Origin: an uncultured Chitinophagaceae bacterium | GTDB lineage: Bacteria; Bacteroidota; Bacteroidia; Chitinophagales; Chitinophagaceae | Assembly (NCBI GenBank): GCA_963704395.1 | Contig: OY969906.1 | Span: 884,935 to 948,934, forward strand | Direction: 5' to 3' | DNA length: 64,000 nucleotides | Part shown: positions 20,513-30,935 of the stretch, piece by piece | Layout of the letters: the number at the start of each line of letters is the position of its first letter | Position numbering within the stretch: position 1 is the stretch's first letter | Notes under the pieces: generated by a model | The model's input: the letters and a program-made list of their open reading frames with translations, nothing else | Databases searched by the model: none | Told to the model about the DNA's origin: nothing | Position numbers and translations under genes: made by a program

Positions 20513-21817
20513 TCATCTCAGTTTTAAAGTAACTACTGCAAGTACCATGGTAAGAATAGTTACTACCCAAAAGCGAACTGCAATTTTGCTTTCGTGAAAT
20601 CCTAATTTTTGATAATGATGATGTAACGGGCTCATTAAAAACACCCTCCTTCCTTCGCCATATTTTCTCTTCGTGTATTTGAAATAAGTAACCTGTATCA
20701 TGACGCTCACATTCTCTATCAAAAACACGAAACAAAAAATAGGTATCAATAATTCTTTCCTCACAATAATTGCCAGCGATGCTATAATACCCCCAAGTGC
20801 CAGGCTTCCGGTATCGCCCATAAAAACCTGTGCCGGATAGGCATTATACCATAGAAATCCCACACAGGCCCCTACAAATGCGGCAATAAAAATAGAGAGT
20901 TCACTGAGGTTTGGGATATACATGATATTAAGATATTCAGCAATGCGTAAATCACCGCTTACAAAAACAAAAACTCCCAAACCCAAACCGATTATTGCAC
21001 TCACTCCTGTAGCCAAACCGTCTAAACCATCTGTAATATTAGCACCATTGGATACTGCCGTCACAATAAAAATGACAATAAGTATATACAATATATAAGT
21101 ATAGTCTTCCCAACTTGCTGGCAATAATTTTGCATAATTAAATTCATGGTTCTTTACAAAAGGAATCGTGGTAATTGGAGTTTTTACTGTAACAAAACGA
21201 TGTACTTCACCATTGGAGATCACTGTGTCCTCACCGACTTTGCGTTCACCTCTTTGTGGCACAAAAGCGCTCATTGGTTTGCTTCCCATAATTTCCCTCT
21301 TAACTACCACGCTAGGATTAAAATAAAGCGTAGCTCCAATGATAACACCCAAAATAACCTGACCGAATATTTTAAATTTTCCGGCAAGTCCATCTGCATT
21401 TGTCTTCCTATAAGGAATTCCTTTTTCTTTTGAAATCTTCCGGGCCTTTATTTTTAAATAATCATCAACAAACCCTATAATTCCCAACCATACCGTGCAT
21501 AGCACCATTAGAATTACATATACTTTTTCGAGGTTTGCCAATAATAGTGTTGGAATCAAAATAGCAAGCAGAATTATAATTCCTCCCATGGTTGGAGTAC
21601 CGCTTTTCATTTTTTCGCCTTCCAGTCCTAACTCCCTTACGGATTCTCCAATTTGATTTTTCTTTAATATCCTGATCAATTTTTTCCCATATACCATCGT
21701 AATGATCAGTGATAACAATACAGCTACCAATACGCGAAAAGTTATAAAATGGACCAGCCCGCTCCCTGGAAATTTGATTCCATTTTTTGCAAACCATTCA
21801 AATAATTGATAGAGCAT
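20513..21817 (-). CDS. mraY: Phospho-N-acetylmuramoyl-pentapeptide transferase
   Basis: TPTMGG, SNGANITDGLDGL, FMGDTGSL, PLHHHY; start trimmed to MLYQLFEW. Confidence 0.97.
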   Translation of the reverse strand: MLYQLFEWFAKNGIKFPGSGLVHFITFRVLVAVLLSLIITMVYGKKLIRILKKNQIGESVRELGLEGEKMKSGTPTMGGIIILLAILIPTLLLANLEKVYVILMVLCTVWLGIIGFVDDYLKIKARKISKEKGIPYRKTNADGLAGKFKIFGQVILGVIIGATLYFNPSVVVKREIMGSKPMSAFVPQRGERKVGEDTVISNGEVHRFVTVKTPITTIPFVKNHEFNYAKLLPASWEDYTYILYILIVIFIVTAVSNGANITDGLDGLATGVSAIIGLGLGVFVFVSGDLRIAEYLNIMYIPNLSELSIFIAAFVGACVGFLWYNAYPAQVFMGDTGSLALGGIIASLAIIVRKELLIPIFCFVFLIENVSVMIQVTYFKYTKRKYGEGRRVFLMSPLHHHYQKLGFHESKIAVRFWVVTILTMVLAVVTLKLR

Positions 21818-21937
21818 TTTTTTATTATTAATATTCACCCCTATAAGGGTTCTATTCAAAAACTTAATTCTTATTACGTAATCCTTTCTATTCTTTTAAT
21901 TCCAGAGTGTAACTTTGGTGTCGGCCGTTTCTTATTC

Positions 21938-23404
21938 CTATTTACCCAATAGTTGAAGCATATCGATCAAGACTTCTTTATCATCAAAATGGCTTTTCAC
22001 TCCGTTTATTTCCTGGTATTTCTCATGGCCCTTGCCTGCCACTAAAATGATATCTTCTTTTTGAGCAAGGGTAATTGCTGTTTTAATAGCTTCCCTCCTG
22101 TCAGTAATTGAAATACATTTTTTTCTTGCAGTAACCGGAATACCCTTTTCCATTTCCTTAATGATCTCTCCCGGATCTTCATAACGGGGGTTATCTGATG
22201 TAAGAATTATTTTATCGCTGTACTCGCAGGCCACTTCAGCCATTTCAGGTCTTTTCGATTTATCACGGTTGCCGCCACAACCCACGACGGTAATAATTTT
22301 CCCTTTCCCATTTCGCAATTTTTTTATGGTAGCCAGCACATTCAATAATGCATCGGGTGTATGCGCATAATCAACAATCCCAACAATTTTTTCTTTGGAA
22401 GAAACCATATAATCAAATCTCCCTTCTGCCCCTTCTGTATTACTTAATATTTCTAAAACCCTAACTTTATCCTCACCAAGGCAAATTGCCGTACCATAGA
22501 CAGCTAATAAATTATAAGCGTTAAATGTCCCGATTAACCTGAAATGAACTTCCAGGTCATCGATGACTAACTCAAGTCCTAAGAGAGAATCGTCAATTAT
22601 TTTTCCTTTGAAATCCGCCAACCCTTTCAGGCTATAAAAATATTTTTTGGCTTTGGTATTCTGAAGCATGACACTTCCCCTTTTATCATCAGCATTACTC
22701 AGGGCAAAAGAGGTGGGAAGCAAAGAATCGAAAAATGATTTTTTTACTCTGATATATTCATCAAAAGTTTTATGATAATCAAGATGGTCGTGCGTAATAT
22801 TGCTGAATATTCCACCGGCAAATTGCAGACCCTCAATCCTGTGCTGATGTATAGCATGTGAGCTCACTTCCATAAAAACATGCGAACATCCCTCTTTATA
22901 CATATTTGCCAAAAGTTGATTGAGGCTGATAGCATCCGGCGTAGTATGGGTTGCCGCAATAATTATATTCCCTATCTGGTTTTGAACGGTGCTTATTAAT
23001 CCGCATTTATATCCAAGCGAGGAAAACAATTTAAACAATAAGGTAGCAATGGTGGTTTTCCCATTAGTTCCGGTTACCCCTATCAAATTTATTTTTTCCG
23101 TTATCCTGCCATAAAAGTTATGTGCCAGAATACCCGAAGCCTTGGCGCTGTTGTCTGGAATAATATAATGTATATTTTCATTAATAATCGCTGGTATTTT
23201 TTCACAAACTATAGCAACCGCACCATTAGAGATGGCCGTATTTATATAATCGTGCCCATCTGCAATCGTTCCCCTTACTGCAATAAAACAAGAGCCCGGT
23301 TTCACTTTCCGAGAATCAATCTGCAAATTATTTATTTCTATACCGGTAGTTCCTACGACAGATTGAATGTTTACTCCATACAATATTTGTTGTAATGTTG
23401 CCAT
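21938..23404 (-). CDS. murE: UDP-MurNAc-tripeptide synthetase
   Basis: GVTGTNGKTT, VDYAHTPDAL, SDNPR, AGKGHE. Confidence 0.97.
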   Translation of the reverse strand: MATLQQILYGVNIQSVVGTTGIEINNLQIDSRKVKPGSCFIAVRGTIADGHDYINTAISNGAVAIVCEKIPAIINENIHYIIPDNSAKASGILAHNFYGRITEKINLIGVTGTNGKTTIATLLFKLFSSLGYKCGLISTVQNQIGNIIIAATHTTPDAISLNQLLANMYKEGCSHVFMEVSSHAIHQHRIEGLQFAGGIFSNITHDHLDYHKTFDEYIRVKKSFFDSLLPTSFALSNADDKRGSVMLQNTKAKKYFYSLKGLADFKGKIIDDSLLGLELVIDDLEVHFRLIGTFNAYNLLAVYGTAICLGEDKVRVLEILSNTEGAEGRFDYMVSSKEKIVGIVDYAHTPDALLNVLATIKKLRNGKGKIITVVGCGGNRDKSKRPEMAEVACEYSDKIILTSDNPRYEDPGEIIKEMEKGIPVTARKKCISITDRREAIKTAITLAQKEDIILVAGKGHEKYQEINGVKSHFDDKEVLIDMLQLLGK

Positions 23405-25524
23405 TAATTCAATTGTAATTTTATTTGTTCTCCTTTTTTAAAATCCGTGTTTTGTGCCAATGATTGATAAATTACCTTGCCCTCTCCTGATACGGAGACT
23501 TTTAATCCCATATTTTCCAATAAATACAAAGCGTCTTTTAACCCCATCCCGGTTACGTCCGGCACTTTCGTTGATGTTGCAGAAATATTATCAGCAAATA
23601 ATTTTGCACTCCCATCCTGAAGTATGGTAGTTCTCCAGTTGCCGTAAGCTGAGGTATCTGTTTCTTTATATTTGAATACATTAAAAATGGTATTCAAATC
23701 CTTTTTCATACCATAAAACTTATAAATCCCTTTGTCAGGAGTATATTGAAATTGATTTATAGTTTTATCGGCCACCCTTGTTGCATAGAGCCTCTCAGCA
23801 ACTTCTTTAAATACGGGACCTGCCACAGAAGCTCCATATACGTGCTTGGAATCCCTGCTATTTTGAATAACCACTGCAATGCTATATTTTGGATTATCTG
23901 CAGGGAAATAGCCGATAAATGCAGATTGATAAATTTTTGCATCTTTATTATATCCGCGATTATCCATAGCCGTAACCGCGGTTCCCGTTTTTCCTGCGAA
24001 TTGAAATTGCTTATCTTCCAGCCCGTGACCCGTACCTTGTGGATTTTGTACTACTCCCAGTAAACAGGATTTTAATTTTCCAAGAGTTGCATCAGAACAG
24101 ATTTTATTAACAAGCACATGTGGTTTGAAAGTTTGTATAGCGGTCCCCAATTCGTTAATGGAATTTACGAGATATGGTTTCATCATAGTTCCGTTATTGG
24201 CTATGGCATTATACACCATTAATAAATTCAAAGGAGTTTCCAGTTCTTCATACCCGTGAGCCATAAAAGGAACAGTTGTTTTATCCCAATACTTGCTTGT
24301 TGGCTTTTTAATAAAAGGCCTGGCAGCGCCAACAATATCAATACCTGAAGTCGTATCCAGACGCAATGCATGTAAATGCTCATAGAATTTCTCAGGTTGA
24401 TTGTGATAATATTCATCAGCCATTTTTGCAAACGCCACATTAGAAGATATGGCAAAGGCTTCTTTCACAGTGATTTTACCTGTACCAAGATGCGAGTCGG
24501 TAATCCTGAGGCCATAGAAATTTTTTTGTCCGCCCTCGCAATCCACTATACTCCCGGTATCTACATAATGATCTTCCAAAAGCGATATCAGGGTTGCAAT
24601 TTTAAAAACAGAGCCAGGTTCTGTTCTCATTCCCAACCCATAATTATAATCTTCCCAGTAGCTCCCGTCCGGCATTTTGCCAAGATTGGCAATGGCTTTT
24701 ATTTTCCCAGTTTTTACTTCCATCACAATACAACTTCCATGAATAGACGAATTTTGTTCCATCATTTCCAACAGGGCATTTTCAGCAACATCCTGTATGT
24801 ACGTATCAATGGTAGTGACAACATCTTTCCCGTTTTGGGGTTCTATCTCAGCCCCGTCAACCGGTATATACGCACCGGATACATAACGCATCAATCTTTG
24901 ACCAGTCTGCCCTTTCAGCACACCATCAAAAGATCTTTCAAGGCCAACATTTCTGCTGGTATCTCCACGCGAAAGCCCGATAGTTCTGTTTGCCAGCAGT
25001 ACATAAGGATTGATACGATTATCTTTTACGTCAACAATAAAACCACTTTTATCACGCCCTTCCCTTATCAGTGGAAAATTTCTTAATTCTTTGTATTGTT
25101 CAAAAGAGATTCTACTTTTTAGCGGGAAATACCTGACCCTTTTTTTATATTGCTTTAATAATAATTTTTTATAGCTAGCCGCACTGGCATCTTTAAATAA
25201 TGAAGCAAGGGAAATACTGAGAGAATCAAGATTCTTATAAAATCTTCTTCCTTCCTTTTCCCGTAGTCCATCGGCACCAAAATCAACGTAGATATCAAAA
25301 ACCGGGAGAGAAGTGCTCAATATATTTCCATCTTCGCTAAATATGCTACCCCGCTCTGCATTGATATCAATATATTTTAAATGTTGTTTATTACTCATGC
25401 TTTTCCAATAGTTTCCCTGTACTCTTTGGATATAGATAGCACGCCCTAACACAACAGATCCCATCACTATCATTATCAGAAAGCAAAGATGTACCCGCCA
25501 CATTATGTCTTTTTTTATATCCAC
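23404..25524 (-). CDS. ftsI: Class B penicillin-binding protein FtsI with PASTA domain
   Basis: N-terminal TM, SVFK (SxxK), SSN (SxN), KTGT; C-terminal VPDVTGM PASTA; GTG start. Confidence 0.93.
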   Translation of the reverse strand: MDIKKDIMWRVHLCFLIMIVMGSVVLGRAIYIQRVQGNYWKSMSNKQHLKYIDINAERGSIFSEDGNILSTSLPVFDIYVDFGADGLREKEGRRFYKNLDSLSISLASLFKDASAASYKKLLLKQYKKRVRYFPLKSRISFEQYKELRNFPLIREGRDKSGFIVDVKDNRINPYVLLANRTIGLSRGDTSRNVGLERSFDGVLKGQTGQRLMRYVSGAYIPVDGAEIEPQNGKDVVTTIDTYIQDVAENALLEMMEQNSSIHGSCIVMEVKTGKIKAIANLGKMPDGSYWEDYNYGLGMRTEPGSVFKIATLISLLEDHYVDTGSIVDCEGGQKNFYGLRITDSHLGTGKITVKEAFAISSNVAFAKMADEYYHNQPEKFYEHLHALRLDTTSGIDIVGAARPFIKKPTSKYWDKTTVPFMAHGYEELETPLNLLMVYNAIANNGTMMKPYLVNSINELGTAIQTFKPHVLVNKICSDATLGKLKSCLLGVVQNPQGTGHGLEDKQFQFAGKTGTAVTAMDNRGYNKDAKIYQSAFIGYFPADNPKYSIAVVIQNSRDSKHVYGASVAGPVFKEVAERLYATRVADKTINQFQYTPDKGIYKFYGMKKDLNTIFNVFKYKETDTSAYGNWRTTILQDGSAKLFADNISATSTKVPDVTGMGLKDALYLLENMGLKVSVSGEGKVIYQSLAQNTDFKKGEQIKLQLN

Positions 25525-25597
25525 TTTTTAATTATGAGTTAGCGGTTATGAGTTACTAAATACAAATACTTGCTTATCAGTTTTTATCTAAGGATTT

Positions 25598-25930
25598 TCA
25601 TTTTTCACCTAAAGTATCCACAATCCTTATTGGCGGAATTAATATTGGTTTCAAACCCAAAGGTTCTACTGCTTTTGCTAATTCGCTTTCCTTACTTCTG
25701 AAAATCAAATCCTGTTTTACAGTTTTAAATTCATATTCCATTTCTTTGAGATGCTTTTCAGTCGTATTGATCTTTCTCATTGTTTTATCTGCATAATGTC
25801 CATTGGCTATATACACAATTGCAATAGCAGATATAAAAAAATAAAATGGAATGTTTTTTACTATCCATTTGTTATATCTAAACATTCTCTTACCTTTTTT
25901 AGCCCCTCCGTCTGTTTTTGCGCTTCTCAT
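25598..25930 (-). CDS. ftsL: FtsL-like cell division protein
   Basis: Small single-TM coiled-coil protein between rsmH and ftsI. Confidence 0.8.
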   Translation of the reverse strand: MRSAKTDGGAKKGKRMFRYNKWIVKNIPFYFFISAIAIVYIANGHYADKTMRKINTTEKHLKEMEYEFKTVKQDLIFRSKESELAKAVEPLGLKPILIPPIRIVDTLGEK

Positions 25931-25983
25931 ATTTTTTTCTCGCGTATTATATTTGAATTATCATTCGCCCGTTTAAAAAAAAA

Positions 25984-26901
25984 TTAATCATTTGAAACTT
26001 TTATTTTTTCTGCGATACGCAATTTTGCGCTTCTTGATCTTGAATTATATTTCAACTCTTCTTTTGCGGGAAGAATCGGCTTTTTGCTGATCACCTTCAA
26101 TTCACTTCTCTCAGTGTTCCCAAAAACATCAGACTGCTGCTCCTTAAAATTTCCATTCCTGAAGAAATTCTTGACGATTCTGTCTTCCAAAGAATGAAAT
26201 GTGATTATGGCTATTCTTCCTCCCGGCTCCAGTACTTCTAAAGATTGCACCAACATTTCTCTCAACACATTCAATTCATCATTTACTTCTATTCTTACCG
26301 CCTGAAAAACCTGTGCAAAATATTTCTCAGGATTCCCTTTAACTACCGGATAAAGAGCATTTTTAAATTCGTTGGTAGTTTTCAGAGATTGTGTCTTTCT
26401 TATATCAACAATCATCTTTGCCAATGTTTTCGAATTGGTAACCTCCCCATATTGTTCAAAAATTTTGTGAAGATTTTCTTCAGAATAACTCTTGATAACA
26501 TCGTATGCTGTTTTAGCATCTTTGCGATTCATTCGCATATCCATTGCAGCTTCGAATCGGGTGGAAAAACCTCTCTCAGCAATATTTATCTGGTGGCTTG
26601 AAACACCCAAATCCGCAAGAATTCCGTTTACTCTTGTTATTTTAAAGAACAGAAGAAATCGCTGGAGATGACGAAAATTGTGCGGAATGAAAACGATACG
26701 CTCATCATCAGGAACATTCTTTTTGGCATCTTCATCCTGATCAAAAACAAATAATTTTCCTGATGCATTTAGTTTTTCAAGAATTATTTTGCTGTGGCCG
26801 CCGCCGCCGAACGTGCAATCCACATATATTCCTGAAGGATTTATTTGCAACCCCTCAATTACTTCTCTCAATAATACCGGTTTATGGTATTCTCCGTACA
26901 C
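25984..26901 (-). CDS. rsmH: 16S rRNA m4C1402 methyltransferase
   Basis: HKPVLL, DCTFGGGGHS, DLGVSS, ITFHSLEDR, RSRSAKLR. Confidence 0.97.
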   Translation of the reverse strand: MYGEYHKPVLLREVIEGLQINPSGIYVDCTFGGGGHSKIILEKLNASGKLFVFDQDEDAKKNVPDDERIVFIPHNFRHLQRFLLFFKITRVNGILADLGVSSHQINIAERGFSTRFEAAMDMRMNRKDAKTAYDVIKSYSEENLHKIFEQYGEVTNSKTLAKMIVDIRKTQSLKTTNEFKNALYPVVKGNPEKYFAQVFQAVRIEVNDELNVLREMLVQSLEVLEPGGRIAIITFHSLEDRIVKNFFRNGNFKEQQSDVFGNTERSELKVISKKPILPAKEELKYNSRSRSAKLRIAEKIKVSND

Positions 26902-26903
26902 AT

Positions 26904-27368
26904 TTATTGGTTTGAGGATTTATCATCCGCCATTACTTCTTTTGCCAAATCGCTAAAAGATTGCGGTGAAAAAGTTTCAAAGAACTGTTGATATTTAGCT
27001 TTATCCCAAATTTCTATTTTGTCAATTGCAGAAACCAGCACGATATCTTTTTCAAGCCCTGCGTATTCCATCAGGTTTTTAGGCATTAAAAGCCGTCCGG
27101 CACTATCGGGACTAACCTGAGTAGCTCCATTCAAAAAATATCTTTTGAATTGTCTTACTTTTGGGTCAAAATCATTCAATTTGCCTAATTTGGAAAATAT
27201 AGGTTCCCAACTTTCAGATGTGTATAAACTAAGGCATTTCTCAAAACCTCTGTTTATAACAAACAGTTCTGCTCCATTTTCAGGCAATTGTTTTTTAAAC
27301 CCTGCCGGAAGAAGAAAGCGCCCTTTCGCATCTAATGTTGCCTCGTATTCACCTATAAAGCCTTTCAT
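26904..27368 (-). CDS. mraZ: Transcriptional regulator MraZ
   Basis: LDAKGRFLLP and DSAGRLL duplicated DxxGR motifs; first gene of dcw. Confidence 0.96.
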   Translation of the reverse strand: MKGFIGEYEATLDAKGRFLLPAGFKKQLPENGAELFVINRGFEKCLSLYTSESWEPIFSKLGKLNDFDPKVRQFKRYFLNGATQVSPDSAGRLLMPKNLMEYAGLEKDIVLVSAIDKIEIWDKAKYQQFFETFSPQSFSDLAKEVMADDKSSNQ

Positions 27369-27401
27369 TATGAGTTAATTAATACTTAGATTTGAATAAT
27401 T

Positions 27402-27435
27402 TCCACAAAATAACACTTTTTCCCACTTCTCCAAC
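27402..27435 (-). promoter_or_regulatory. MraZ-binding direct repeats
   Basis: Minus-strand GTGGG, GTGTT and GTGGA at a 10-bp period (plus CCCAC 27422, AACAC 27412, TCCAC 27402) just upstream of mraZ. Confidence 0.7.
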
Positions 27436-27454
27436 ATTTTAGGGAAAAACTTTT

Positions 27455-27558
27455 TTATCCACATGCGATAAATCCTTCGTGAAAGAGGCATAAGTCAAAC
27501 CAAATAAAGATTTTGATGTGCAAACCGATGTTAACTGAATGTGGAATTATGTGGATAA
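27455..27558. promoter_or_regulatory. Two perfect DnaA boxes (TTATCCACA) in inverted orientation
   Basis: TTATCCACA at 27455-27463 and TGTGGATAA at 27550-27558. Confidence 0.55.
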
Positions 27559-27782
27559 AGTAAAATATTCGGGGAATTATTGCTCTTAGAAAACAATCAA
27601 AAAATAAAGATTTCAAAAAGCAAATTCAATTGCAATTGTTGATTGGGGGAACTATACAGGTAATAAACATTGACTGATGTTCTCACGGCAAACAAAAAAG
27701 AAATAAAAATACTTCTCCAATTAATTAATATCGAATTATCTTTTCAAAACCAAAATACGATTTTCAGTATTGGAAATACTTA

Positions 27783-29365
27783 GGTTTTGCTGATTAACTT
27801 CCAATCCGTTGTTATTTTTGGGTTACGCTCCAAAAAGTCAATCGCCAATGCAGGGTAATTCAAAGAAACCCCTTGGAAAGCCTGCGGCAACTACGGCCTT
27901 TGTAAGCCCAAATCAACTGATGTTACCAGGTTCTGAGACCAGGGGCCCCCTTAAGGTAAAGAGGGCTCACCACATTGCCCGGGATAGATTGGTTAGCTTG
28001 CTATGATGATTTGTTGGATTCAAAAGTTGGTCGCCCTCCAATAAGCGGCAGGGTGATAGAGGCAGCAGCGGTCCCCTAACATCCGGGTGATTTGGCAGGC
28101 AGGGAAACAATAGCCCGGCGGCGGGAAAATAGGGCCATGCCCTATTTTGGGGGTTATGGCTGTTTTACCAATGAGGAACCCTTTTCAGATACCCTTTTGG
28201 TAGGAATCAGGAAACAGTTACCCCCTTTACCGGTCAGGCAAAATAAATAAAACGATTGCCTGGTATGGTGGGGATATCTTGCAAGCAGCAATACCTGACC
28301 AACAGGAACCCGAAAACAAAACGTTACCCCATCCAAAATAATGATCCGGATGAAAACGCCGGAACCCGGAAGAAGGATACAAAAGTTGCGCCCGTTGAAG
28401 AAAACATGGAGCAAAAAGATCAACCTGCTCCAACAAAAAAAATACAGCGAAATTACTGATAGATGCTACCGTGGCTCCCGGAATATTACTTTCCCCGCAG
28501 ATTTAAAATTATTAAATGCTGCCCGAAAGAACAGCGGGCTCTTGACGGGTATCTTATACCACCCCACCCTGCATGGTAAAATAAAGATATGCCCCTGGAG
28601 GAAAGCTGCCCGGAAATATATTTTAGATTCTGCTAAAAAGAAAAGATTGACTGCCAAAGAAATTTATAAAGCCAAGGGAAGACAACCACGATTTTTAAAA
28701 AGGAATTTAGCCCTTATTGATTTTCTTTTATCAGCTCACCAAAACCTTTCCCTTACAACACAAAGACCCAAAGTATTTGATGGCGCCCCACCCTTGCCAT
28801 CATATGGATTACCGCATAGTCAATTCACATCTGCCTCACGCCCGTCCTGATGGGCGTGGAAAACCAAATGCCCAAACCGGATCGGGAAGCAAGGTGCCTT
28901 GGTCATGGGTGAAAGGTTTTTACTTGCCACAGGCCATCTTAGCCGGGAAGCAGGCAACGAAGGGGGATATTTGATTGACTCAGTAAAAAAGTACAGATTG
29001 CCATTTGGGCTTTATCCGGCAGAGGTGCCTGCCGATCAAATATATGGAACCAGAGATGATCCAAGGCAACTCAAAAGCTGCCGGATATAAAATTATCCGC
29101 CGGGCCTCCCGGATGACCCTTCGGCAGAGGCAGCGAAAAGTAGCTTAGCGATTCAATAAAATAAGAGCAAGGCTATCTTCCTCCGGCACTTCCTGGATTG
29201 CTGCCATAGCCTTAGTGCCAAAACCCGTTACAATAACCACGCAGGTACTTGCGCGCCTCACATTTATTTTAAAAAATATTTCCCATAAAACCCCCCGATG
29301 GTAGCTTACAGCAACTGGTAGCTTACTCCGATAAAACCGGACCCCGTGAGTTTATGAGCCAAACC
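27783..29365 (+). mobile_element. Degenerate IS5-family insertion sequence (~1.58 kb)
   Basis: Imperfect terminal IRs GGTTTTGCTGATTAAC (27783-27798) and GTTTATGAGCCAAACC (29350-29365), 13/16 match; TA on both flanks; internal transposase remnant. Confidence 0.75.
27848..29280 (+). pseudogene. IS5-family transposase pseudogene with many frameshifts and stops
   Basis: Fragments across frames: VSPNQLMLPG, GRPPISGRVI, FTNEEPFS, IDATVAP, ITFPADLKLLNAAR, NEGGYLIDSV, YPAEVPADQIY. Confidence 0.85.
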
Positions 29366-29392
29366 TAAGCAGAAAAGAAGAAAATGAAAGTA

Positions 29393-30796
29393 TTAACTTT
29401 TTATCCCGGTTTTATTTGATAATTCAAGCCGGAACTGATCATCTAGTTTGAAACCGACGCCATCTGGTCGTGGCTTATTATTGATTTTCGCCAAGGAAAA
29501 ATCGAGTGTAAAACAACTTCCTTTTCCGGGTGTACTTTCGGCTTTTATTTTTCCATTATGCGCATCAACAATAGATTTTACATAACTAAGGCCAAGCCCA
29601 AAACCCTTTACATTATGGATATTGCCTGTGTGAGCGCGATAAAATTTTTCGAAAACCCTGTTCAAAGTTTCTTTGTTCATCCCAATTCCATTGTCCTCAA
29701 TTTTGACTCGCAGATGGTTATTAAAATTGGAAGTGGATATTTTAATTTTCAGATTTTCTTTTGAATATTTAACAGCATTATCCAAAAGATTATTAATGAT
29801 GTTGGTAAAATGAACATCATCTGCCATAATCAAATCATTGGAAGCATTAAATTGCTTTTCGAGCCGGCCATTTTTTTCTTTTAGAGGAAGCAGGATATTA
29901 TTGATGGCGGCGTTAATTAAATCCTTCGCATGTAATGGAGCAACGTTTAGCTGAATATCCTGTTTGTCAAGCAAAGCAGCCTGCAATATGGATTCCACCT
30001 GTTTATTCATTCTCTTATTTTCTTCTTTGATAATGCCGGAAAAATAGTTCATTTTCGTTTTATCATTGATCACTTTTTCATTTTTTAAAGCGTCCACAGC
30101 CAGGGAAATAGTTGCCAATGGAGTTTTAAATTCATGCGTCATGTTATTGATAAAATCAGATTTTATTTCGCTTAATTTCTTCTGATTCAATAAGGCTCTG
30201 ATAGTAATAAAAAATGCTGTAAAAATAATACCGGTGAATACTACTGCACCAATTAACATCCAAAGCATTTGCTTCCATACTACATTTCTAACATGAGGAA
30301 CCACTAATACTAAAAGTTCTTGTGGAGCAATGCCTTCATCAAGGCTCCCCCCAGGTGGATCGAGGGGATAAACAACGGAAAGATTATTGGCGGAATCACT
30401 ATACGCATTATAAAAATTTCGGGATTGCAAATTATCGCCAATCATGGAAGTAGTAGTGATCGCAAATTCGAAATCAATTTTTTTAATATTATTTTTTTCG
30501 AATTCCTTATTAATGATATCTCTGATGTCGCGCCTTGAAAAATTATGGGCAATTGTAGTGGGGAATGCATTTAACGGAAATAAAAGATCTGCATTTTTTC
30601 TGCTGTCAAACGGAGATAATTTTTCTCTATCGTTGATCAAATCTCTTGCGGCATCCACGGTAACCATATTAATGGTATCTTCAAACTGAAGTTCCTTATC
30701 CTGCAAAGCCTGCTTTATCCAAACGTACTGAAAAAAAATAATTCCCAACAAGGAAATGAAAACAAGAACAATAATAAGGGAGAAAATTTTTTTCAT
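29393..30796 (-). CDS. Membrane sensor histidine kinase (RprX/PorY-like)
   Basis: Two TM segments, H-box FINNMTHEFKTPL, NLLDNAVKY, DNGIG, GFGLGL. Confidence 0.92.
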   Translation of the reverse strand: MKKIFSLIIVLVFISLLGIIFFQYVWIKQALQDKELQFEDTINMVTVDAARDLINDREKLSPFDSRKNADLLFPLNAFPTTIAHNFSRRDIRDIINKEFEKNNIKKIDFEFAITTTSMIGDNLQSRNFYNAYSDSANNLSVVYPLDPPGGSLDEGIAPQELLVLVVPHVRNVVWKQMLWMLIGAVVFTGIIFTAFFITIRALLNQKKLSEIKSDFINNMTHEFKTPLATISLAVDALKNEKVINDKTKMNYFSGIIKEENKRMNKQVESILQAALLDKQDIQLNVAPLHAKDLINAAINNILLPLKEKNGRLEKQFNASNDLIMADDVHFTNIINNLLDNAVKYSKENLKIKISTSNFNNHLRVKIEDNGIGMNKETLNRVFEKFYRAHTGNIHNVKGFGLGLSYVKSIVDAHNGKIKAESTPGKGSCFTLDFSLAKINNKPRPDGVGFKLDDQFRLELSNKTGIKS

Positions 30797-30801
30797 GCAG
30801 G

Positions 30802-30809
30802 CAAATTTA
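30802..30809 (-). promoter_or_regulatory. -7 box TAAATTTG 5 nt upstream of the kinase ATG
   Basis: Exact TAnnTTTG match on the minus strand adjacent to the start codon. Confidence 0.5.
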
Positions 30810-30935
30810 AACTTAGTAGGCTCGAAATGCTTACGGCACCCGGTTGAGAGCCATTTTTTAACTATCTCTTATCGTTTATTTTATGAATATTGAGAACATT
30901 TACAGAATTTCAGGAAATAAATATAATTTACATTT

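Noticed and set aside
20374-21937. murF missing from the dcw cluster
   Set aside because: Common in Bacteroidota
27369-27782. Candidate oriC
   Set aside because: Only two perfect boxes, and the orientation of highly expressed genes does not switch here
27809-29090. Short ORFs or a structured RNA such as RNase P in the GC-rich gap
   Set aside because: No RNase P signature; explained as IS5 transposase fragments
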